DNA of 64,000 nucleotides from Candidatus Pacebacteria bacterium GW2011_GWA1_46_10 (lineage in GTDB: Bacteria > Patescibacteriota > Microgenomatia > UBA1400 > PJMF01), in assembly GCA_001002135.1 (NCBI GenBank), contig LCLP01000001.1, positions 361,114 to 425,113 of the forward strand. The letters are read 5' to 3'. Position 1 is the stretch's first letter, and the number at the start of each line of letters is the position of its first letter. Both the position numbers and the translations under genes were made by a program. This document shows positions 18,310 to 28,596 of this stretch, in pieces. The notes below the pieces were generated by a model, which saw only the letters and a program-made list of their open reading frames with translations, was not told the origin of the DNA and ran no database searches.

Positions 18310-18957
18310 TGGAAAGCGTAAAACGATGGTCGTACCTTGATTTGGCCTGGAATACAGCTGAAACTGGCCGGAGAACTCTTGTTCCAGTGACTTTTTGACA
18401 AAATAAAGACCCAAACCAGAGTGGTCCCTCTTGGTTGAGTACAAGGGAGTTACACTCAATCTGGTTGAAAGCCAATTCATGCCCTTCCCCCCATCGGTGA
18501 CCGAAATATTGATAGTTTGTGTCTGTTGTGCTGCAGTCAGAAAAACGAGCTTGTAATGTCGTTTGGGTTGGTAACTCTCGAAAGCATTATTGACCAGGCA
18601 AACGATCATTTCTTGAAAAACCAGTTTGTTACCGGTCAGTTGACAGTCGGCAGGCAGGACGACTCTGCTCACCAAATGACGCTTAAGTTGAGTACCTTCG
18701 TTGAGAGCAATCAATTCATGCAGTGCCTGACTGGGAGAAAAAGCGGTGGGATCGGCAGCGTCTGACAGTTTAAGGACAGACTGCAAATAGCGGGCATTTA
18801 ACAGCACGCGGTTCAGGTAGAGCTGAGAAACATCGGGAGCCGATTGATACAAATTTTCAGCCGCGATCTCAGTATTCAGCAAAATGTTGGTTAAGGGAGT
18901 GGCGAAACTGTGGCGGATGATTGGTGCAGTGGAGAATAAACGAGACTTCCCGGTCAT
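18301..18957 (-). CDS. cytoplasmic histidine kinase-like protein (DHp + HATPase only, no sensor or TM)
   Basis: H-box RHSFATPLTNI, N-box LVNNA, G1 DGGKGM, F-box YSTK and G2 SGLGL. Confidence 0.8.
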   Translation of the reverse strand: MTGKSRLFSTAPIIRHSFATPLTNILLNTEIAAENLYQSAPDVSQLYLNRVLLNARYLQSVLKLSDAADPTAFSPSQALHELIALNEGTQLKRHLVSRVVLPADCQLTGNKLVFQEMIVCLVNNAFESYQPKRHYKLVFLTAAQQTQTINISVTDGGKGMNWLSTRLSVTPLYSTKRDHSGLGLYFVKKSLEQEFSGQFQLYSRPNQGTTIVLRFPLA

Positions 18958-18974
18958 GAATGAGAAGATACGGC

Positions 18975-18996
18975 AAAATCCTGAAAAAATCCTGAA
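18975..18996 (-). promoter_or_regulatory. perfect 11-bp tandem repeat (TTCAGGATTTT)x2, OmpR/PhoB-type box
   Basis: Sits just upstream of -10 TATCTT (18970-18965), which is 7 nt before ATG 18957. Confidence 0.65.
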
Positions 18997-19008
18997 AAAT
19001 AACGCGTC

Positions 19009-20562
19009 TTACTCACTCTTCACTAAACTGGTGATATCCCAGACTTGCAAACACGGCGCCCCAGGGATACGGCAATACCAGGCGATGAGAAGAGAGTCCA
19101 AGTAATTTTCATTAAGCTTCATTTCTTCTCGGTGATCATTGACCACCAGCCAGACTTGTTCATAGTGCTGGGCTTTAGCGGTGAAACTGGCTGGAATAGC
19201 GACCACTGGTTGACCAATCCCCTCCACTAAAATGTTGGTCACATCTTGATTATGCAGATACATCAGCATCCCATCAGGCAGAGTGCCAAAAAACCCCTCG
19301 GTCGCCACCGCGATTGAATGAGCTTGTGATTTTTCGAGTAATAAGTCAGTGGCTTCTTTCACGCCAGTGCCTGATGACCACTCACGAACATATTGAGTCT
19401 GATCGATAGAGGTCAGGGGTAGGTAACTGGGATTTTGCCAAGAAATGAAGATAAACTCCAGAGCGGTGGAAAGCACAGCCGTAAGACCTAGCACAATGAA
19501 AGCGGAGCGCATGAAAAATGGGAACGGTTTTTTGATCAGTTTTTGGGTGTGGGCGAAAAACTGACCAAAAGTGAGTGAGGCCGAAACGGTCAGTGGGACA
19601 GCAGCCGGCAAGAAGTAACGTGGATAGATCGTTTTGCCTAGTAAAATAATCGGGGCCAGAAACCCGGCGGCCGACAATAATAAAAGGAGGTGTTTTCGTC
19701 GCCACCGGTCTTGAAAAAGACCACCCAGCGGCAACAGGAAAAACGGCCAGGTGAGATACAGCCCCAGCGCCGCGATCACTGCTCGACTGTTCACCATCAT
19801 CACGCGCCACAATCCCTGCTCCCTCAGTTCGCTTATGGAGTAAAGAAAATCGTTGCCGCGATTAAAAAGCTGACCAAAAGCCGGGTGGAGTTTGAGACTC
19901 AAAAAAACGCCAATGCCAATGAGCAGTGTCGCCGCACCCCAACTCAAAATTGTTGAAAGCGGGATCTTTTTGGTTCGCACCAGGAATGGAGCCAGTAGTA
20001 GGGTGGGTGTAAACAAGAGCGCAGGAATTTTAGTTAATAAGGCTAAACCGAAAAATAAGCCGGCGACGATAATTGATCGCCAAGCCAGTTTTTTGGCGTT
20101 GACGGTATTGAGAACATATAACCAAGACAATGATAAGAAGGCAGTCAACAAGCCATCCATCAATGCCATTCGGTGGTAAAAGTACCAAAATGGCAAAATC
20201 ATGGTGGCGGCCATGGCAATGCCCACAGCTAGGGTTTTGCCACCCAGTTTTTTGACGATTTGACCAGTCAGCCAGACCTGCCCAAAGCCGGCCGCCACCG
20301 AGATCAACCGGCCGGCTGCCAGCGGATCAGCTACCAGTTTGAGGGCGCCGACCGTTAACCAGACAAATAACGGCGTTTTACCGTCGTTGAGAGGAAAAAA
20401 GAGGTATTGTTGCCAGTCGTCGAGAATCAGTTGAGCCCAGCGAATGTAAATGGCTTCATCAGCAAATACCGGCAGTAGGGTGAGCGACGGCAAGTGAAGG
20501 AGGAGGTATCCTCCCAAGAGAGTCAGTAGGCCGATAGCGGAAAGTAGAGCGGTTTTTTTCAC
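19009..20562 (-). CDS. GT-C (ArnT/PMT-like) membrane glycosyltransferase
   Basis: LPVFADEAIY..W, DGK.PLF and LLTK motifs; multi-TM; start GTG 20562 overlaps the upstream TGA. Confidence 0.8.
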   Translation of the reverse strand: MKKTALLSAIGLLTLLGGYLLLHLPSLTLLPVFADEAIYIRWAQLILDDWQQYLFFPLNDGKTPLFVWLTVGALKLVADPLAAGRLISVAAGFGQVWLTGQIVKKLGGKTLAVGIAMAATMILPFWYFYHRMALMDGLLTAFLSLSWLYVLNTVNAKKLAWRSIIVAGLFFGLALLTKIPALLFTPTLLLAPFLVRTKKIPLSTILSWGAATLLIGIGVFLSLKLHPAFGQLFNRGNDFLYSISELREQGLWRVMMVNSRAVIAALGLYLTWPFFLLPLGGLFQDRWRRKHLLLLLSAAGFLAPIILLGKTIYPRYFLPAAVPLTVSASLTFGQFFAHTQKLIKKPFPFFMRSAFIVLGLTAVLSTALEFIFISWQNPSYLPLTSIDQTQYVREWSSGTGVKEATDLLLEKSQAHSIAVATEGFFGTLPDGMLMYLHNQDVTNILVEGIGQPVVAIPASFTAKAQHYEQVWLVVNDHREEMKLNENYLDSLLIAWYCRIPGAPCLQVWDITSLVKSE

Positions 20563-21785
20563 TGCTCTCGATTGTAGCGCACTCTTTGGGTCAGAAACCA
20601 GAGCTGGCTCATCAGCCACAAACCAATCCCACCACCCCAAACGAGCCACTTTTGTTGGGTTAGTACCAACTGAGTGTACTCACCGACCCACAACCAAGGG
20701 ACGTAGCGGAGCATGGCGGTTAATGAAAAAGTAATGAGCCAGTGGCGCCACCATGGCTTTTTAATGAATGGCAGCCAGACCAGTGACCAGAGTAAATACC
20801 AGGGCAGAAACTGTTGTGAACGCAAAGTCAGCAAAGGGAGAAACAACAGGATTGATGACCACCAGCTTAAGCGCTCCCAGCTGAGAGAGTTTCTCAGTTT
20901 TGGTATCACCCGCCGCATCAACACTAAGAGCCAGACCGGGGTAATAACTAGAGTAGCGAATTTGATGAGAGTGGAAAAACCAAAAAGCAGGGAAGAGGCG
21001 AGTAGTTTTGGGGTAGTTTGTTTGGTTGGTTGGTCAAAGAGCAGCCACAGCGCTGCCAGGGCCGGCACCATCATCCAGAGATCGTTGTGCTGATTGGCGA
21101 TGACTTCGATAAAAAGGACAGGATTGAGGAAAACCAACCAGAAAGCGGGTAATGAGAGTGATTTTTTATTGATCGTCAGCGAGATTTTTTGCAGCACCCA
21201 AAATAGTAAAACAATACTTAAAACTGCCCAGCCGCGAAACAGCAACCAAGTCAGTAAGAACGTATTAAAACCAATGGCGTATGGAATCAGTGACAGCGCT
21301 GTCCAGCCATAGCCGTATGGGGCGGGGGTGTGGGTGTTATGCATAAACCGTGTCCAGTTATCGTGGGTGAAGTCGAGTGCCACCTGGACGTGAGGATTAG
21401 CTTGATAAACCAATACCATTTTGGCGTTGAAAATATAGTTAAAAACGTCATGAGAAAGCGCGTTGTAACTGAAAAACAACGGCGAGACGGCCAAAAGATA
21501 CGCAAACAAGAGCTTTTTGGAACTGAGCGACTGGGTGTGGGTAGTCAGTTTCAAACCAAAAAGGTATACAACAAAGAAACCGGTGATGAACAGGACATAA
21601 ACTTGAGTCAGCAGTTCACGCTGGTGAAGAAATGTTTGCCACATCCACTGTTGAAATCGCCAGTATGGCGGCCAACTAATTAAGACGAGATTGGGATCAG
21701 TCAAGGCATACGAAAAAATGGCGTAAAGTAACGAGAGTCCGAACAGAGCTCGCAAAAGCCAGCTGATTTTTTTTTCGCTTGACAT
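20559..21785 (-). CDS. GT-C polyprenol-phosphate-sugar transferase (MptA/MptB-like)
   Basis: LSHDVFNYI..A, NP, PAPYG, LNP, HND..M and PWY motifs. Confidence 0.7.
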   Translation of the reverse strand: MSSEKKISWLLRALFGLSLLYAIFSYALTDPNLVLISWPPYWRFQQWMWQTFLHQRELLTQVYVLFITGFFVVYLFGLKLTTHTQSLSSKKLLFAYLLAVSPLFFSYNALSHDVFNYIFNAKMVLVYQANPHVQVALDFTHDNWTRFMHNTHTPAPYGYGWTALSLIPYAIGFNTFLLTWLLFRGWAVLSIVLLFWVLQKISLTINKKSLSLPAFWLVFLNPVLFIEVIANQHNDLWMMVPALAALWLLFDQPTKQTTPKLLASSLLFGFSTLIKFATLVITPVWLLVLMRRVIPKLRNSLSWERLSWWSSILLFLPLLTLRSQQFLPWYLLWSLVWLPFIKKPWWRHWLITFSLTAMLRYVPWLWVGEYTQLVLTQQKWLVWGGGIGLWLMSQLWFLTQRVRYNREQ

Positions 21786-21787
21786 AT

Positions 21788-22552
21788 TCAATGGTATTTT
21801 CCCATCAGTCGAGCCCAACGGATGCGTAAAATATCAATAAACATTCTGACAGAATCTTTGAGTGGATTGACGCGGGTGGTGGCAAAATGGCGCCAGTGAA
21901 TCGGTACCTCTTTGTATGTAAAACCCAATTTTCTGGCTAGAAAAAGCAGTTCAACGTCAAAAGCACCGGTAAAAGCGTCCGGCTGACGGTTCTGGGGGCT
22001 GTAGATATACAGTTTGGGAAACAGCGTTTCGGTCGCTTGGGCTGAGAACATTTTAAAGCCGCACTGAGTGTCTTGCACTCCTCGCACGGCCATGATTTGG
22101 ACAAGTAAATTAAAACCTCTGCCCATCAGGTGACGGTAGAAGGGTTCTTTGTCTCGTTTGGCGCCGGCGATTTCTCGCGAACCAAATATAACCTGGTATT
22201 GATCAGTGTATGGTAATAGTTTCGTTACTTCTTGGATCGGTGTTGACTGATCAAAGTCGGTGTACAACCGCCACTGACCATGGGCGGCCAACATGCCGGC
22301 CGTGACGGCTGGCCCTTTGCCAGCGTGTGAGTTGGTTAAGACAGTTACCTCCGGGTGTTGTTTGGCAAATTGCTGCAGGCTTTCGACCGTCCCATCTGTA
22401 CTGCCGTCATCACTCAAAATCAGTTCCCAAGTGTATGGTTGTTGTTTGAGATACGAAATCAGTTCCTTCAGTACTCCTCGCTCAATATTATGCTGCTCGT
22501 TATAAGAAGGCACGATGACTGATAAAAAAGGGGAATGATCAGCGTCAGGCAT
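21788..22552 (-). CDS. GT2 dolichyl/polyprenyl-phosphate glycosyltransferase (ALG5-like)
   Basis: P.YNE, DDGSTDGT, GKG, DFDQS, GSR, DTQCGFK and FDVE motifs. Confidence 0.88.
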   Translation of the reverse strand: MPDADHSPFLSVIVPSYNEQHNIERGVLKELISYLKQQPYTWELILSDDGSTDGTVESLQQFAKQHPEVTVLTNSHAGKGPAVTAGMLAAHGQWRLYTDFDQSTPIQEVTKLLPYTDQYQVIFGSREIAGAKRDKEPFYRHLMGRGFNLLVQIMAVRGVQDTQCGFKMFSAQATETLFPKLYIYSPQNRQPDAFTGAFDVELLFLARKLGFTYKEVPIHWRHFATTRVNPLKDSVRMFIDILRIRWARLMGKYH

Positions 22553-22557
22553 GGATT

Positions 22558-24093
22558 TTATTCTAGCGCTTGGTCAGTCTCTTGGGTAGTTCTACGCAGC
22601 ACTGTGATAGTTGGGCCGTTTTCGAGAGTAAAGACTTCGGCCGGCTGCTTATTGGGAAAGACCACGATTTCATAGATGGGAAGATCAATGACTTTGGGTG
22701 ATTGTTTTTCTTCGTCAATGATAAAAAGCGTGGTTACTTCATTGCGCTGCTCTGGTGGCACCGGTCGGGTGTGGCCGGTGGTCAGAAAATAGCGGTAGTT
22801 TTGACCGTCAAGATCTTTACTGCCGGACAGGAGCACTAAGTTGTATTTTTCACCTGATTCCACCCGTTTGAGGATTTCCTGACTGGTGTGTTCAATGTCT
22901 TTGATGGTCCAGCCTGTATCTTTAAAAATGAGTTGTGGCCAGTTAAACCGCAGAAAGTAGGCAGTAAAAATAATGAAGGCAACAGCAGCCAGCCACCGCG
23001 GTTTGAGTCGGCTAAAAACATACCCATACACCAGGGCGGTGATCGGGAATAAGTAGGCAATGTAGTGATCAAAGATGGAGTGTTGGTAAAAAGCCGTACC
23101 GACAATGCCAAAACCAAGGTAACTGAGTAAGACGAATTCTTTGGCCAGCGGTTGTTTTTGCTCATGTTTGTTGAGTATGGTTACACAGAAGAGAATGACG
23201 ACAGCCAGTAAAAGTGTTTGATTCAGCACCCGATTTTTACCGATCATGTATTCAAACAGAATGTGTAGGCCGCGTCCCTCGGTTTCTTGCAGTGTTTCAG
23301 TCAACTGTCTGGTGACGCTGGTCTCCCTCAGAGCGGTGAAATTTTCGTTTCCGGTGAACATGGCCTGAAAAGCTCGGAAGTTGACCCCTTGATGTTTAAG
23401 GTCAAATAACACCAGCGGCACGAGCGACAAGAGAAAAATGACCAAACCTATCAGACTGGGTAGCAGGATTGCCTTGAGTTTCCCGGTTGAAAAATGTGTT
23501 CTCAAGCTGATTAACCAAATCAGCCCTGCCGCTGGGAGGGCCAGTAGAGTGAGGTAGTGGAGTTGCAGCAGAATGCTGAAACACCCCGCCACCGCGACCC
23601 AGTATTTAGGGTGTTTTTGCCAGGCAAGGTAGGTGGTGTAGATCATCAGCAGTGAGACGAATGGGGCTGGATTAGGGTTCCAACTGTAGCGGGTGGCATG
23701 CACAATGGTGGCGGCAAAGGTGTAGAAAAAAGTGGCGATCAAGGCCCCGTTCTCGCCGATTAACTTTTTGCCGAGGCTGTACATCAGATAGACAGTGATC
23801 ACTCCTAGAGCAGCCACCGCGTAAGCTGGTCCGACAGGACTAGGATAAGTGAGCCAGAGAAAAGGGAGCATAAAATAGTAGTAGAGTGGTCCCAAGTAGA
23901 GGTTGCCGACACTGGTGACGGGACCGATGAAGACCAGGTCTTTTTGGCGGAAGATATCAGCCACAATGATGGCATCTCGACCTTGGTCACCCAAAAATAG
24001 GACGGTGTTGGTCAAGTTATAAAACCGCAGGTAGACCGCTGCCGCCAACAACAAACCGAGAATAATCAATTTCCCCTGGTTTATTCTCTTCAT
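22558..24093 (-). CDS. GT-C (ArnT/PMT-like) membrane glycosyltransferase
   Basis: LRFYNL...FLGDQGRD, GP.YYY and WNPN motifs; multi-TM. Confidence 0.8.
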   Translation of the reverse strand: MKRINQGKLIILGLLLAAAVYLRFYNLTNTVLFLGDQGRDAIIVADIFRQKDLVFIGPVTSVGNLYLGPLYYYFMLPFLWLTYPSPVGPAYAVAALGVITVYLMYSLGKKLIGENGALIATFFYTFAATIVHATRYSWNPNPAPFVSLLMIYTTYLAWQKHPKYWVAVAGCFSILLQLHYLTLLALPAAGLIWLISLRTHFSTGKLKAILLPSLIGLVIFLLSLVPLVLFDLKHQGVNFRAFQAMFTGNENFTALRETSVTRQLTETLQETEGRGLHILFEYMIGKNRVLNQTLLLAVVILFCVTILNKHEQKQPLAKEFVLLSYLGFGIVGTAFYQHSIFDHYIAYLFPITALVYGYVFSRLKPRWLAAVAFIIFTAYFLRFNWPQLIFKDTGWTIKDIEHTSQEILKRVESGEKYNLVLLSGSKDLDGQNYRYFLTTGHTRPVPPEQRNEVTTLFIIDEEKQSPKVIDLPIYEIVVFPNKQPAEVFTLENGPTITVLRRTTQETDQALE

Positions 24094-24106
24094 GGCGTTT
24101 CCGCGT

Positions 24107-25282
24107 TTACTTTTTCTTTCGCCAAATGAAAGTGGTGTAAGCAAAAAAATTCCAAAACATGCCGATCAAGATTCCCACTACCGCGTACATCATACCGGTG
24201 TCGACTCCAATGGCAATTATTGGCAGGGTGAACAGCGGGAACAAACCAATGAATCGCTCACCGACAAAGGCGATCGACTGTTGGATTAAGATTGAGCCAG
24301 CCGAGGTGAGATTAAACTGAATAAATTTGCTGGGATATTGAATGGGCCTGAGCTTGCGGTCTGAGAATGTCCAGATATTGCTTAAAATGAAATTACTGAG
24401 GATCGCGCACTCAATGGCCAAAAAAAACGCCAGCTGAAACGGAGCGATCTGACGCCAGAGTTGAAGAGTGGTCAGTTGCACTAAAGCGCCGATGCCACCC
24501 ACCACCACGAACTTGAAAACTCGATTTTTAAAAAGATCACTGAGGCGTAATTTCATAATATAGATCAGGTTATTTTTAATGTATTCCGGTCCCATTTTAC
24601 TTTTGCCGTGGGTGCGGTCTTTAAAATGAAATGGCACCTCAACGACTTTAAAACCTTTTTGTAAAGCCGCGTGTAAAAAGCCTATTTGAAAAGTATAGCC
24701 GGAAAACCGCTCACTTGTCAGCTCTGAATGCACGGCCTGGTACACTTTTCGCGTGATCGCCCTAAAGCCACCAGTCCAATCTCTAATACTAAAGTTCAAC
24801 ATGGCGGTGGCGATAAACAGATTGCCCATCACGCTTAAAAATTTGCGATGAAGTCCCCAATCGCTCGGGATGCTGCCGCCGGGAATATAACGTGAGCCAA
24901 GCACCAGGTCATACCCTTGGTCAATTTTTTGCAGAAATAACGGAATTTTAGTGGGATCGTGTGAGAGGTCGGCGTCGAACTCGAAGATCACATCAGCTTT
25001 AAGTTGATCAAAAGCATAGTCCATACCCTTGAGATAGGCTCTGCCCAGACCGGCCTTGGTTTTGTTGAGTAGTAAGTGAAGGTTTTTGTAACGTTTCTGC
25101 AGTTGTTTAACCAGCTTATACGTTCTATCGGGTGAGGTATCGTCAACGATTAAAACCCCACAGCGCCAGTCACGAATAGTGTCAAGTACGCCAAATACTT
25201 GATATAAAAGTCGATCAATATTTTCCCGCTCGTTGTAGGTTGGAATAATGACAATGGCGCTTTTGGGAGAGGAGACTGCCAT
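24107..25282 (-). CDS. polyprenol monophosphomannose synthase-like GT2 fused to a GtrA flippase domain
   Basis: IPTYNERENI, DD.SPD.T, DADLSHDP and D.TGGFRA; C-terminal KFVVVG..GALV and NF..SN.WTF. Confidence 0.88.
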   Translation of the reverse strand: MAVSSPKSAIVIIPTYNERENIDRLLYQVFGVLDTIRDWRCGVLIVDDTSPDRTYKLVKQLQKRYKNLHLLLNKTKAGLGRAYLKGMDYAFDQLKADVIFEFDADLSHDPTKIPLFLQKIDQGYDLVLGSRYIPGGSIPSDWGLHRKFLSVMGNLFIATAMLNFSIRDWTGGFRAITRKVYQAVHSELTSERFSGYTFQIGFLHAALQKGFKVVEVPFHFKDRTHGKSKMGPEYIKNNLIYIMKLRLSDLFKNRVFKFVVVGGIGALVQLTTLQLWRQIAPFQLAFFLAIECAILSNFILSNIWTFSDRKLRPIQYPSKFIQFNLTSAGSILIQQSIAFVGERFIGLFPLFTLPIIAIGVDTGMMYAVVGILIGMFWNFFAYTTFIWRKKK

Positions 25283-25295
25283 ATAAGCCTGTTAT

Positions 25296-26276
25296 TTATT
25301 GGCCGTTGCTTTCGCTTTCGTACTGCAACTCAGCCTCGACCATCAGTTTTACCAGGCCTTCAAAGTCAACCGAGGGTTTCCAGCCAAGTTTTTCGCGCGC
25401 CTTAGTGGCATCGCCGCGCAGCATGTCAACTTCGGCCGGGCGATCAAAAATAGGATTGTGTTTATAGACTTTTTTCCAGTCGGTCAGACCAGCCGCGCTG
25501 CAAGCCAATTGGAGGAATTCTTTGACTGAATGAGTTTCGCCGGTGGCGACTACAAAGTCTTCCGGCTGATTTTGTTGAAGCATTAACCACATGGCCTCAA
25601 CGTAATCCTTGGCATAGCCCCAGTCGCGCTTGGCTTCCAAGTTACCCAGTTCAACGTACTTTTGCTTCCCGAGTTTGATGCGTGCTACCCCGTTGGAGAT
25701 TTTACGAGTGACGAACTCCAGGCCACGGCGAGGCGATTCATGGTTAAACAAGATGCCTGAAACAGCAAAAAGATGGTATGACTCGCGGTAATTGACGGTA
25801 ATCCAGTGACCGTACACTTTTGCCACTCCGTAAGGGGAGCGGGGATAGAACGGGGTAGTTTCTTTTTGGGGGGTTTCTTGGACCTTGCCAAACATTTCGC
25901 TGGAACTAGCCTGATAGAACTTAGCTCCAGGACAGGCTAAACGCATCGCTTCCAACACGCGGGTGACACCCAAACCGGTGAATTCACCAGTCAAAACCGG
26001 TTGTTCCCAAGAAGCTTGGACAAATGACTGAGCAGCCAGATTGTAAATCTCATCTGGTTGAATCTCTTTAAGAGCAAAGGTCAGTGAGTTTTGATCCACC
26101 AAATCGCCGGATATCAGGGTAAGGTGGGGGTTGTGGACAATCTGTTTGATGCGATCAAAGTTTTGGGTGCTGGTACGGCGGGTTAAACCATAAACATGGT
26201 AGCCCTTGTCGAGTAAAAGCTCGGCTAAGTACGAACCGTCCTGACCAGTAATGCCGGTAATAAACGCCTTTTTCAT
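25296..26276 (-). CDS. gmd: GDP-mannose 4,6-dehydratase
   Basis: [33 protein letters not shown] and NHESPRRG motifs. Confidence 0.96.
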   Translation of the reverse strand: MKKAFITGITGQDGSYLAELLLDKGYHVYGLTRRTSTQNFDRIKQIVHNPHLTLISGDLVDQNSLTFALKEIQPDEIYNLAAQSFVQASWEQPVLTGEFTGLGVTRVLEAMRLACPGAKFYQASSSEMFGKVQETPQKETTPFYPRSPYGVAKVYGHWITVNYRESYHLFAVSGILFNHESPRRGLEFVTRKISNGVARIKLGKQKYVELGNLEAKRDWGYAKDYVEAMWLMLQQNQPEDFVVATGETHSVKEFLQLACSAAGLTDWKKVYKHNPIFDRPAEVDMLRGDATKAREKLGWKPSVDFEGLVKLMVEAELQYESESNGQ

Positions 26277-27232
26277 GCCGTTCCTTCTAGTAGTTTTAAT
26301 CTCCACCAGTTTAATATTCGCTGGAGTGTTTCATCAAGCGGAATTGTCGGTTGCCACCCCAACGCTTTGATTTTGGTAATATCGGCCACACTACGCCCAA
26401 TATCACCTGGTCGTTGTTTCCGTTCTTCAGGACTGACTGAAAGACCGACTTTGGCGAAACTTTTCATTTTGTCCAACAGTTCCTGAATGGTGACATCTTG
26501 GCCGCTGCCGAGGTTGTAGACCTGCCCAGCCTGGCCCTTTGTCATTAACAAAATATAGCCTCGGACGATATCTTTCACATCACTAAAGTCACGGCTCACA
26601 GTCAGGTTTCCTACCCTGAGTTCCCGCTCTAATCCTTTCTCAATCTTGACGATTTGCTGAGCAAAATCACTAACCACAAAACCCGGTTCTTGCCGCTCAC
26701 CAATATGATTAAACGGTCGGACACGGACGATACCCAACTCATAGCGCACCGTATATGAGTAGGCCAGCATATCTTGGGCGACTTTGGAAACACCATACGG
26801 GTCGTGGGGGCCCAACTGACTGATTTCGGTTAATGGTTCGGTTGAACCGGCGTATTCTGAGGCGCTGCCGATGGAAAGCAGCCGGGCTTGGGGGGTATGC
26901 TCGCGCATGGCTTCCAAGACATTCATTTGGATCTCAACGTTGGTTTCGATCGCTTTGGTGGTATTTTCCAGACTCAAGCTGGGTGATGAGAAACTGGCCA
27001 GGTGGTAGATAGAGCGAGGTTTTAATTTGGCAAACAACTCAAAGGTAGCTCGTGAATGAGTTAAGTCAAGTTGATGGATGTTTGCTTCAGGTAAAATAGT
27101 GTCAACGAAACTGGGTTTTTTGACAAGGTTAGTGACGTGGATGTCTGCAGCAGGCACCCCTTTTTCCAGCAGTGCTTCAATTAAGTGTGAACCAGCAAAG
27201 CCCGTGCCGCCGGTAATGAGAATGGGTGACAT
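26273..27232 (-). CDS. rmd: GDP-4-dehydro-6-deoxy-D-mannose reductase (Rmd-like)
   Basis: [23 protein letters not shown] and VGNL...RDF.DV.D motifs; adjacent to gmd. Confidence 0.75.
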   Translation of the reverse strand: MSPILITGGTGFAGSHLIEALLEKGVPAADIHVTNLVKKPSFVDTILPEANIHQLDLTHSRATFELFAKLKPRSIYHLASFSSPSLSLENTTKAIETNVEIQMNVLEAMREHTPQARLLSIGSASEYAGSTEPLTEISQLGPHDPYGVSKVAQDMLAYSYTVRYELGIVRVRPFNHIGERQEPGFVVSDFAQQIVKIEKGLERELRVGNLTVSRDFSDVKDIVRGYILLMTKGQAGQVYNLGSGQDVTIQELLDKMKSFAKVGLSVSPEERKQRPGDIGRSVADITKIKALGWQPTIPLDETLQRILNWWRLKLLEGTA

Positions 27233-27233
27233 A

Positions 27234-28529
27234 TCAACCTCGTCCCAGTCCTTGGTAGTGATACTTGGCTTGTTTTAAAACAGCAGGCTGAAATTGGTTG
27301 CGAGCGTCAATGAACCATTGCTTTTTGTTAAGTTTGGTGCGGGTAAAGTCAAAGCCGGTAATCTGTGGCCATTCGACCAGTGAAATAATCACATCAGCGT
27401 TCTTTACGGCTGAGGGAATATTTTTTTCCTGAGTGTGATTTGGTTCTAGTGCCTTAAGTTGGAAAAACGATTGCCAGGAAGCCATTGGATCAAAACTCTT
27501 CACCTTTGCTCCCTTGTTTAAGAGAAGAGGAATGACTTTGGTGGCCGGTGACTCGCGTAGATCATCGGTGTTGGGTTTGAAAGAGAGACCGAGGACGGCG
27601 ACTGTTTTGTCACTCCACCCACCAACTTTATTTTCTACAGCCTGCATTAATTTCGGAATCCGCTCTTCGTTCAGATCGTCGATTTTATTGAATAAATTAT
27701 TACTCTCGCCGATCGCACGTGAATAAGCGGCTAGTTCTTTGACGTCTTTGGGAAAGCACGACCCGCCGTAGCCAAACCCGGGGTACCAATAGTGCGGGCC
27801 GATGCGGCTGTCAAGACCGATGGCAGCAACGACGTCTTGGACATCAGCCCCGTTTTTTTCACACAGATCCGCGATTTGGTTAATAAAAGTGATGCGGGTA
27901 GCCAGGTACGCGTTGGCAGCATACTTTGCCATTTGGGCCGACTCCGGTTTGATTTTGACGATCGAGGTTTTGAATGGTTGGTGCAGTGTTTCCAACACGG
28001 TAAAAACATGTTGGTCATTGGCTCCAATGACGATCCGATCTGGTTGCAAAGTGTCGTCGACGGCCGAACCCTCTTTCAAAAATTCCGGCAGTGAGGCGGT
28101 GTAGAAATTGACTTTGGTGTGTTGGCCAATGAGTGTCTCAACCTGGTTAAGGGTGCCTGGTGGAACCGTCGACTTGACTGCCACGATGGCATCTTTTTTG
28201 AGGTGTGGCGCAAGCGATTTAATACTGGCAAACACAAACCGGAGGTCGGCCTGACCATCAGGGGCTGACGGTGTACCTACGGCAATCATGATTAGCTGGG
28301 CATTTTTAATCGCAGTTTCGTAATTGGTGGTGAAGTTGAGCTGATTGGCGGCCAGTTGCTGTTGGAGCAGTTCTTCCAGGCCAGGTTCATAGAACGGCAC
28401 TTTCGCTTTTTTGAGGCTGGCGATTTTCTGCTCATCAATGTCCAGACCGATAACTTGGTGACCAAAAGAAGCGTAGACCGCGGCGGTCACAACACCCACA
28501 AAACCTGTACCGATGACAGTGATATTCAT
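27234..28529 (-). CDS. ugd: UDP-glucose/GDP-mannose 6-dehydrogenase family protein
   Basis: GTGFVG, KSTVPPGT, PEFLKEG, GYGGSCFPKD and FKPNTDDLRES motifs. Confidence 0.9.
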   Translation of the reverse strand: MNITVIGTGFVGVVTAAVYASFGHQVIGLDIDEQKIASLKKAKVPFYEPGLEELLQQQLAANQLNFTTNYETAIKNAQLIMIAVGTPSAPDGQADLRFVFASIKSLAPHLKKDAIVAVKSTVPPGTLNQVETLIGQHTKVNFYTASLPEFLKEGSAVDDTLQPDRIVIGANDQHVFTVLETLHQPFKTSIVKIKPESAQMAKYAANAYLATRITFINQIADLCEKNGADVQDVVAAIGLDSRIGPHYWYPGFGYGGSCFPKDVKELAAYSRAIGESNNLFNKIDDLNEERIPKLMQAVENKVGGWSDKTVAVLGLSFKPNTDDLRESPATKVIPLLLNKGAKVKSFDPMASWQSFFQLKALEPNHTQEKNIPSAVKNADVIISLVEWPQITGFDFTRTKLNKKQWFIDARNQFQPAVLKQAKYHYQGLGRG

Positions 28530-28596
28530 AATTTCTCTGGTTTATTGAGTCAGTATATCACTGAGCTTCCAAAGTGAGCAGTATATAATTGAAGCT

